Source: Aplysia californica | Lineage: Eukaryota | Reading direction: 5' to 3' | Length of the DNA stretch: 64,000 nucleotides | Assembly (NCBI RefSeq): GCF_000002075.1 | Contig: NW_004797521.1 | Span: 293,472 to 357,471, forward strand | Part shown: positions 55,446 through 64,000 of the stretch, piece by piece | Position numbering within the stretch: position 1 is the first letter of the stretch | How the letters are laid out: every line of letters begins with the position of its first letter | Notes under the pieces: generated by a model | Database searches by the model: none | The model's input: only the letters and a program-made list of their open reading frames with translations | Told to the model about the DNA's origin: nothing | Position numbers and translations under genes: made by a program

Positions 55446-58400
55446 CTTGAGAAAAGACATGTTAAAAAGTCAAAATGTGAACTTGACATTTATAAGCTTC
55501 TGAACATGATACTAAAGAGCAGAGTCAGGAGAGACTGAACTCTGAATATGAGACTGACAGTGGTATGCATTTAACAAGCTGCAATGCTATACATCTTCTG
55601 TGAACAGAGATCTTAGACAGTAAATTCAAAAGAATTTGAAGGCAAAAGGGGTCAAAGAGAAGTCTGCAATCGTTCCATCCAAGGGGATACATACATGAAT
55701 AATTAGTCACTGTTACATGAGAAATGAGACTGCGTGGTAGGAGTAGGAACGTTATAGCCTTGGTAAGGTTGCTTTTCCTTGATCCTAAGACTCTGAGTCC
55801 CACAGTGCAAAAACAAAAGCAAGAGAGCAGATAGCTGATCAATCATGTTCATTTTATGTAAATAAGATGTACAATTTGAATTAGACTTCAACTTTCTACA
55901 ACAAGCCATCTACTGGATTAACAACTTTATAAAATTCTTTACCTTTTCAACACCAAAAGCTGCCTTGATGTGGTCCTCTATAGAGGCTGACCTCTGAGCT
56001 TCACTGGGACTGTCTGAGTTGTAGATGGATTTCAACAGGCACAAATGGCACTCGTCATCACTAGCACCAGAATATTTCTGTAATAAGAGGTTGAGCTCGC
56101 TATTATATATATATATGTATTACTTTTTGTTTGCTTGATAAAACAGAAGCACATCAACGCAAAAACAGTCATTTAGTGCCTTGAAAAAGCAAGACAGACA
56201 AATAAAAACAACAGAGGGAACGGAAAAAAAAGAAAGACCTATTAGTGGCACCCTCCAACCATCCATACAAACAATCAATGTTTAGTTTTAGTCATAAGGT
56301 CATATGAGCGCCAGAAGATTTGAGGTGTTACTAGAGAGTAACAAACATAAAAAAGAAGAAGGGGAGATAAGGACGATGGATGTGTGATAGGAAAGAAGAA
56401 GCAAACCACACCAGAGCACCCGCCAACCACCCACACAATCAATGTAAAACTTTTTAAAAATTGCATATTGCTATCATAGCTCAGTACAAGGAAAGAGATT
56501 CCCTATACTCCCCAGTGGGTTGACTGGTAAAAAATAGACCCTCTGTGCACCAACAAGAAGTACAACACTTGTGGTAGTAGAATAACAAACACACAGATGT
56601 ATTTCTCATGACAGATGTACATTATGTGTGATAACAATTTAGGAGTGTCACCTTAGTCTTCCTTCATTCCCTTTCATAAAAAAAATTATTGTATCCACAG
56701 AGCTTCAAACGCTACCTTTAAATGACCTGTTTGTGCCTAGTAATGTTAAACTCAGACAAAAAGGAAGGAGAAGCGGCAGGCAGAGAAAGAAGAGAGAAAG
56801 AAAAGAGTCTGAGAACAAATAGAGGATAGGAGAAAAGGTTACCTTGTCATTCATGATGTCCACAGAGGTTGAAAGACAAACAGAACAAACGAGGGGGAGA
56901 AATGACTACTTTTATGCAGTTGTACAGAATAAAGAATAAGCCATTCTTGCTGTTAACACAAATTAAATGCTTGATAATGAAATTTAATTTTGTCCATCGA
57001 AAACATTTACAAGGTTTGCGAAAATGTTTGCTGAATATGGTTGCACAATTCTTCAACAAAGACACACTATGAGAGGTGTTTGACCAACCACTCATGTGCC
57101 AAAAGAGGGTAAATTGGAATTCACTTTATACATTTTTGTCCCATTTCATTCATGAAACAACTTTTGATTTCAGTAGGCTTGAACAAGAAAAGTAAACCAT
57201 ATAAAATCACTGTAGAATTAAGGTTGACAAGCTCACTTTTTTGCTTTCGATTTTTGGTAGCCGAATGGTGTTTTGTTTCTTCATTGCCAAAGCAGTTTTA
57301 TTCCAGTTATGCAAACATCAGAGACAAGGTAAGACTGACCTGAATGATGCCAAGAGCCCGGTGGAAAAGTTTGTTGTTGCTGACCTTCACATCAATCATC
57401 ATGTTGTTGAGCACTTTCCCCTTGAGGATGTGAGCACCCGTAGACACACCATTCAGCACCCACTTAACGGCTATCTCCTGCAGTAGCCGAATCATGGTGA
57501 CTTTCGCCAGGTCAGAGGCCACAGTGTCCAAAGTTGAAAAGTCATGTTTGAGGTCAACAACGACTGCAAAGTTTTCAAGGGGTTCCTGTACACACAAAGT
57601 CTGGGGAGAAAATCGAAAAAGGAAAATAAATATTTTGGAACATAACGGGAAACAACCCAGAATAGCTACAAATGGTAGGCTACTTTCCCCTTAAGGATGT
57701 GAGCACCCATAGACACACCGTTCACTTTATGAAGAAAACAATTTTTTGAGTCCCCCCCCCCTTTTTTTTTCTCAAACATGAATCTAGTCTCATCATATTA
57801 AGGATGAGAGATCAACCATTCTGAAATTCACAATGTGGGAGATGTAACTTAAAGGTTAGATGCATGCACTTAAACTCTGGCAGGTTTGTAGTTTGCACTG
57901 TGTTTTATGAGTTCTTTTAAGTGATAGCAGCAGGAAGATTGGCTAAAACAGCACCTGGACATGGATTGTTGGTGCCTCTATAAATAAATTATTGATGGTC
58001 AGCAGCAGGAAGATACCTGTCACTGTCACTTAAGACAGAAACAATTAGATCTAATACAGGATTCATGAAACAATAGGTTACTTTTGAAACCTGAGACAGA
58101 GCAAATACTACTCAGCTTTTTGTTCAAGGACTCTTCAGATGAGGTTTGTAAAAAAAATAAGTTATCAAATATAGCAATTATATCATGTAAGAACCCATCT
58201 CTTTTACCAAAAGATAGTTTCCAAAAGGCTGCACTTTTACCTCATTTGGGGTTATCAGAGTCGAACATTTTTTTTTATCATGGTACATTTTCACATTTAA
58301 CAATTTGCAGTCTTGTAAAGAAGGTGACGTACATATCTATTTGATGGCCTAATATCTTAGATGACAAAATTTGTCTTGATAGAGAACTAAAATACAAAAT

Positions 58401-61400
58401 GATATCAAATTGTAAAAAAAAATAAAAATAAATAAATGTCTAAACTGACCGAATTGGGTTGAAAACACATGCAGACCATTTTACACTGGGAAGAGGCCAG
58501 GGACGCTAAATCCACCTTGTTGATCATCTCTTGGGAAATACAAATTGAAAACAAATATTCAATTGATAACGCTGAAATGACACATTTAGCTCTCTTTTTA
58601 CTTACTTTAGTCTATAACACAGAGTGATTAATCACCTGTGAACGAGATACTAGCAGATATAGGCAAAAGGATCCTACCTCTACTAGAAAAATGAAAAAGA
58701 AACTAAGTTACTTTGATCTTTCTCACAAGATAAAATTGTAATATATCCCTCTAGTTTCAAACTCATAGGAAAACTTATTAGAAGGTTTATGTCTGTTGAT
58801 ATAATACTACACGATTATGTTTTCATCAATAAAGCAAAATATGAAGCCACCAGACACATGAGTATGCGACAAAATAACCTACAGTAAAGTCTGCTTAAAC
58901 TGCAATCTGCACAATTGCTGGATTTTCTTCAGTGTAGATGGGTTTAGAGACGTTGCTCAAACAGAAGAAAAAAACAAAAATGGGGATTTCATATTCTTTA
59001 GGTGTACCGCTGTTTTTGGAGTTACCATGTACCATACCATATAGTGGACTCCACTGTATATCATTGTCTTCAAAATCTTACTTTAGAGATTCCTTTGAGA
59101 CAGAAAAGAAAACGCAGCTAGTTAAAAGGCTGAAATGACATAAAAGCTTACTGTTGTAGATATCTAGCACCCTCTTCTAAAAAAATGGGACTCATAATTA
59201 GTAAGGGTGAGCAGTTACATATCTGGAAACAAACACAAGAGCAGAGGTACTCTGAATCACAAAAAGACGATAAAGACACTCACCTTTTCCAATTAGAACA
59301 ATTAAGTCATTGTGTCCAATCAGAGGAAGAATATCCTTCTCAAAGTCCTTGAGAGAGATCCTGTAGTATGGTCCCTGTTAAAAAATATGACACAAAACAA
59401 AACTAATGAACCAGTTGACTTCATCTATTCTCTGCCAAATGGTACAATTTCCCATAAGTGGAATAAACTCCAAAATACATTCTCTGAATATTGTTTATAA
59501 CAATATTTTGAAAGTATTACACTTGCAGGTTTTCACTGTTTATTTCTCATTTAATACAAAGTACTAAAGTCCCTCTGAATAATTTTCTCTGACAAAGAAG
59601 GTATCAAAGAAATGCAAAAACGTCTGGGATATTGTGAGATGTAACCAAAGCATATATATTAGAAATTGTCCAAAACAGCCACTCATTGTCCTGGAGAAAA
59701 GTAGCTTTCTTAGACAGGTGAATATCTTGGATGCTGTTATAATTATCATACAGAAAAAAACACAAGGGAGAAAATGGTTGTGATTGTCTTGGATGGATGA
59801 CTGTTGGGGCAGGTTCATAGGTATATCGTAATTGCCGTGCGCTATCCACGTAGGGAACACAATTTGAAAACTCCTGTCTTAAGGCATTCGACGTACGCAC
59901 AATCTTAAAAATCATCTTTCATATTTTACTTTGCATCAATAATTCATGACAACTTAAACAAAAATTGTAAAAATCAAGAGGCTAAAACACGTATTAGACT
60001 AATAAAAAAGTTTTTTCACATTTTCTCAAAAGTATCTGAATGCTTCATTCGTGGATTGTGAAATACGCTAACGATATGTATGTTGCATACTGACCTCATT
60101 AGAGATGTCTCCATCATTGTTACAAAGTACTGAGAAACCACCCTCGACGAAACCTCGAATGTCATCCACAGCTGATGGATAAAAGCATTAATAACAAGAG
60201 ATGACACAACTGAAACATTGGCTTCAACTACTTAGGCCAAATGCTTTTTGCAGTCTGAGCACACAATGTTAGAGAAGCTCACTCTTTAAGCATGAGATAA
60301 GAACTAGGCATTTTATTTGTTCTTTCTCCTTCATCCTACTTGAACTTCATGACAACGTTTCATCAAAAAGTATTTGTTTTGTTTTAGTAGAAGTTTTACG
60401 GCGCTCGCAACTGCATAAGGTCATATGAGCACCAGAAGATTAGAGGTGTTACAAGAGAGTAACAAACATAAAAAAGAAGTAGGGGAGATAAGGACGATAG
60501 ATGTTGGATAGGAAAGAACAAGCAAACCACACCAGAGTCCCCGCCAACCACCTACAAAAAGTATTTATGACAATACCAAATTTTAATACTACTGTGACAT
60601 TTAAATCATATGGCAATATTATAAGCGTAACCTCCATATTAGCTATGTGAGTGAGCTCGGGAGATATGAATCGATAATCCGCTTTTTCTTCCGTGTGAGG
60701 CTCAACTCCCCTTACTGGTGAGGTATCATCATTACACCTAAACCTACATTGCACATGGGTGATGTCATTTATCGTCCTCAACTATTCCCTTCTGTCCAGT
60801 TCATTTTTATGCTGTTCTGTCAATCGATTGTTCTATCTCAAGAAAAATAGACACCCCCCCCCCCCACATCTCCCTACCCCCCAAAGCCCTTTAGAAAGAA
60901 GATAACCCTGAAACAGCCTATTTAAAATCTAACACTGCAAGTTGTTATTTTTTTTTCTACAAAATTTCTTTTAAACCTTTGATAAAAACAGGCATTGGGC
61001 TCAAAAGTGTAGGGAAGCAATTTAGAAAAAAAGAGACTCACAGGCCCCGTAAGTGGGCACGCACTCTGAGGCATCAATCATCCCCATCAAGCCAAATCCA
61101 TCACAGCCCAGGTAGTAGATGTGACCCCCTGAGCGCAAGCTGAAAGGTTGTGGTAATTGATTTTAAAAGAAAATAGAATTGAAAACTGCCACAGACTGTC
61201 AAGAAGAAGTTGGTTTGCATTCTGTGGTCAAAACAATCAACCAGAAGCGTGGTGTTGTTTGTATCAAAGTGATTTTTCTCTTTTTACTATAAATCACCGA
61301 CATGAAAAGTTTTAAAAACTAAAAAGTGTACAAAAAATTTCAGGTTTTATTTGGACCCCCATATTTTATCATAACTCTTTAAGTAAATATTTACAATCTT

Positions 61401-61975
61401 CATGAGTGAGTAACACACTTGGAAAACTACTTTTTTAAGCTGCTCAAAGAATGAACTTTACAATGTATTCTTACTCAAATATAACTTCAATATGCTCTAA
61501 TAGAAAACTGGTGGTGGTACGAGTACAAAGAAAGATATCACTGAACGTCCAAGAGACTATTGAGACTAAAGATGAAAGGCTATCAAAGGGAGTTATTATT
61601 AACCTCTTCACTGCTGAGTAGACGTATGTTCTGTCTTGCATTCTCCACTCTTGTATTGTTTAATCTGGCTGACAAAAGAAGTTTTAGTTGGTAAAGTTAC
61701 AGCTTGTGATTTTGCTTATTCTGAAACAATTCTCTGTGTTTAAATACTACTTGAATTAACATTTTATCTTGTCAGTACTGATGTTGATGGACATTTTTCA
61801 GCAGTGAAGGGGTTAAGTTACATGAGCTTTGGCGTAGAGGGAATACAAGACTAAGACACTCCAGTTGACAGAAACACACCTCTCTCCAGCTAGTTGTATG
61901 ACAGAGGCCATTGATTCTGTCTGTTTGTACACACTGGTGCACACATCCTCATACATCTTGAAGAGAAGAGAGATT
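55329..61975 (-). CDS. GCKR: Glucokinase regulatory protein (GKRP)-like / duplicated MurQ-SIS protein; 3' eight coding exons, 5' half beyond window end
   Basis: Exons 61975-61880, 61139-61042, 60171-60095, 59374-59284, 58529-58450, 57600-57340, 56077-55943, 55445-55329, all GT-AG and phase-compatible. Translation includes SLRSGGHIYYLGCDGFGLMGMIDASECVPTYGA, DDIRGF, GPYYRISLKDFEKDILP, EIAVKWVLNGVSTGAHILKGKVLNNMMIDVKVSNNKLFHRALGIIQKYSG, VVPKAILLAL. These are collinear with recalled human GKRP segments (GHVYLVG..MDGVECIHTFGA; DVRGF; KWVLNTVSTGAHVLLGKILQNHMLDLRISNSKLFWRALAMLQRFSG). Confidence 0.92.
55943..56077 (-). CDS. GCKR: GCKR-like exon (LID)
   Basis: KYSGASDDECHLCLLKSIY..QRSASIEDHIKAAFGVEK. 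Confidence 0.9.
56282..56434 (-). mobile_element. ~175-bp short retroposon, copy 4
   Basis: Same family with small 3' internal deletion; TSD acaatcaatgt. Confidence 0.8.
57340..57600 (-). CDS. GCKR: GCKR-like exon (KWVLN..STG)
   Basis: LLQEIAVKWVLNGVSTGAHILKGKVLNNMMIDVKVSNNKLFHRALGIIQ. Confidence 0.95.
58450..58529 (-). CDS. GCKR: GCKR-like exon
   Basis: MINKVDLASLASSQCKMVCMCFQPNS|gtcagt; bridges phases. Confidence 0.75.
59284..59374 (-). CDS. GCKR: GCKR-like exon
   Basis: GPYYRISLKDFEKDILPLIGHNDLIVLIGK|gtgagt. Confidence 0.9.
60095..60171 (-). CDS. GCKR: GCKR-like exon
   Basis: VDDIRGFVEGGFSVLCNNDGDISNE|gtcagt. Confidence 0.9.
60376..60554 (-). mobile_element. ~175-bp short retroposon, copy 5
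   Basis: Same family; TSD caaaaagtattt. Confidence 0.82.
61042..61139 (-). CDS. GCKR: GCKR-like exon (SIS2 start, MurQ motif)
   Basis: LRSGGHIYYLGCDGFGLMGMIDASECVPTYGA|gtgagt. Confidence 0.93.
61603..61812. mobile_element. piggyBac-like MITE
   Basis: TTAA|CCTCTTCACTGCTGA ... TCAGCAGTGAAGGGG|TTAA. Confidence 0.75.
61880..61975 (-). CDS. GCKR: GCKR-like exon
   Basis: tgcag|..ISLLFKMYEDVCTSVYKQTESMASVIQLAGE|gtgtgt. Confidence 0.85.
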
Positions 61976-62438
61976 CTGCAAAAAGTACAAGATGCAGAAA
62001 GAACTACATACACATGTACATGTAAACTGACTCCTTCAATAACGACAGAGACTCAAGATTGTAGAACGAGCAAAAGCAATTAATTATTTTAACAATACAA
62101 AATATAAAAGAAATTAAAGCAAACCTTAAAGGTTATTATCTTATCTCTTCATCCTCTTATATCAATCCCCATTTCCCCTTCTCCCTCTCTGCGAAGGGAA
62201 AAAAAGACAACATGAACACGTACAAACATGCATATTTGAAAAATGTATACTGTAAAGTTCAGGCTATTGAGCGCACCTGTATAGAAACCACGCCCACAAA
62301 ATTTTCTAAAAGTTTTAGTTTTTCTCACAAATAAGCCGCACTGGTTTATAAACTGCAGTAGATTACACAACACAGATGTGTAAATCACATTATTTATTCA
62401 ACATTATCATCATTTTGTTCGCTGAAATCTTCTTCAGT

Positions 62439-62616
62439 CTGTCCCCGTGGTTTTATGCACTCTGCACAATTTAACAAAATTTGATCATTTTTTGCATAAT
62501 TTCTGATTATTTTCCTTTATCATTCTTTGTTAAAATTAACAGAATCACATAATTTCATATTTTTGGGCTCAGTTTGCATAATTTTTAAATTTTTTTGCAT
62601 AAATCTGCGGGGACAG
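62439..62616. mobile_element. Small inverted-repeat element (MITE-like)
   Basis: CTGTCCCCGTGGTTTTATGCA ... TGCATAAATCTGCGGGGACAG. Confidence 0.55.
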
Positions 62617-62848
62617 TTCAGTGTCGAAGTTGAACAGATTGAGTAGTGCTTCCTATGCCATTTTCGGTACAATGAGAGCAGTTAGCACAGTAACAATGTG
62701 AACAGTTAACACTCTGGAGCCAACATTTTAACATTGAGTGTGGACATGAAAAGTTAACATGGAGCTGAGAAAAGACCAGGAAGGGACTCTTTTGCAGTTG
62801 GGAAAATCCACAAATAAGCCACATCACCGCATAAATCACAGGAATTTT

Positions 62849-63742
62849 TAGTTTTAGTAAGAGTTTTACGGCACTTATAACACAATAAGGTCATATATTA
62901 TAAGTGCCAAAGATTAGAGGTGTTACAAGAGAGTAACAAACACAAAAAAGAAGGAGAAGAGATCAGGATGATAGCTGTTGGATAGGAAAGAAGGAACAAA
63001 CCACACCAGAGCACTCGCCAATCACCCACTCAACGGGATTTAAAGGTAAAGGAAAATGTTGCGACTTATAGACTAAACTAGTATTACTTATCTTTTTTAC
63101 TTCTTTGCACTGATTATTCACTAAAACATATAAACCAGTTTACGAGAAAAAACAGCATCTGGCTGCATCACGAAAGCATAAAGCAATAGGCTGAGTCCAC
63201 ACAGTTGAGGTAAAGAGAAGCACATCCGCATCATAACTGTTATGTAGTGCAGAGAAAAAGTAGACAAACAGACAGAAACTGCAAAGAGAAAGGAAAAGAG
63301 AAAGTTTCAGTTTTAGTAAGAGTTTTACGGCACTTGCAACACGATAAGGTCAAATAAATGCCGAAGATTAGAGGTGTTACAAGAAGAGAGGGACAAACAC
63401 AAAAAAGAAGGTGGAGAGATCAGGACGATAGCTGTTGGATAGGAAAGAAGGAGCAACCACACCAGAGCACTCGCCAACCACCTACTCAACAGGATTTAAA
63501 GGTAAGGGAAAATGTTGCGGCTTATAGACCAAACTAGTATTGCTCATCTTTTTCTTCTTCACTGCACTGATTATTCTCCAGAAAACAGCATCTGGCTGCA
63601 TCAAGAAAGCACAAAGCAATAGGCTGTGTCCACACAGTTGAGGTAAAGAGAAGCACATCCGCATCATAGCTGTTATGTAGTGCAGGGGAAAAGTAGACTA
63701 CAGTAGACAGACAGAAACTGCAAAGGGAAAGGAAAAGAAAAA
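62849..63742. repeat. ~450-bp tandem segmental duplication containing short retroposon copies 6 (62849-63029) and 7 (63305-63485)
   Basis: 62849-63302 and 63305-63742 align, including unique flank (aaacagcatctggctgcatca..cacatccgcatcata). Confidence 0.85.
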
Positions 63743-63835
63743 GATCTACAAGTAGTGTCCTCCACCTACCTGCACATTCATACAGTAGAATCTACACCAT
63801 AAAAAACAAACACTTCCCCATCCAATATCAAAGTT

Positions 63836-64000
63836 AGTTTTATTAGAGGTTTTATGGTGCTCGCAACTGCATAAGGTCATATGGGCGCCAGAAGATTAGA
63901 GGTGGTACAAGAGAGTAACAAACATAAAATAGAAGAAGGGGAGATAAGAACGATAGATGTTTGATAGGAAAGAAGAGGCAAACCAAACCAGAGCACCCGC
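63836..64000 (-). mobile_element. ~175-bp short retroposon, copy 8 (cut by window end)
   Basis: Same family sequence. Confidence 0.8.

Noticed and set aside
55329-61975. Bacterial contamination or recent horizontal transfer of murQ
   Set aside because: The gene has canonical spliceosomal introns filled with host repeats and GKRP-type LID sequence, which indicates a long-resident eukaryotic gene.

Overview
AT-rich eukaryotic (metazoan, probably invertebrate/lophotrochozoan) genomic DNA with 8 assembly gaps. Most short ORFs in the track are noise or single exons. Two intron-rich genes converge tail to tail. (1) On the + strand, a full-size ABCA1/4/7-like lipid exporter: 49 GT-AG coding exons from 1914 to the stop at 48527. 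Their phases join into one frame of 7064 nt (about 2350 codons) with both nucleotide-binding domains intact. The first coding exons lie upstream of the window, and there is a candidate 24-nt microexon. (2) On the - strand, the 3' half (8 exons, 61975 to 55329) of a glucokinase regulatory protein (GCKR/GKRP)-like gene. It keeps a bacterial MurQ-type motif (DASECVPTYG) and the KWVLN lysine, so it may be an active N-acetylmuramate-6-phosphate etherase rather than only a glucokinase inhibitor. The introns hold many mobile elements: tRNA-SINEs, an 8-copy ~175-bp headless retroposon with TSDs that shares its 3' tail with the SINE, Tc1/pogo-, hAT- and piggyBac-like MITEs, and Tc1/mariner and RTE relics. 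Family assignments come from recalled motifs; no database search was run.
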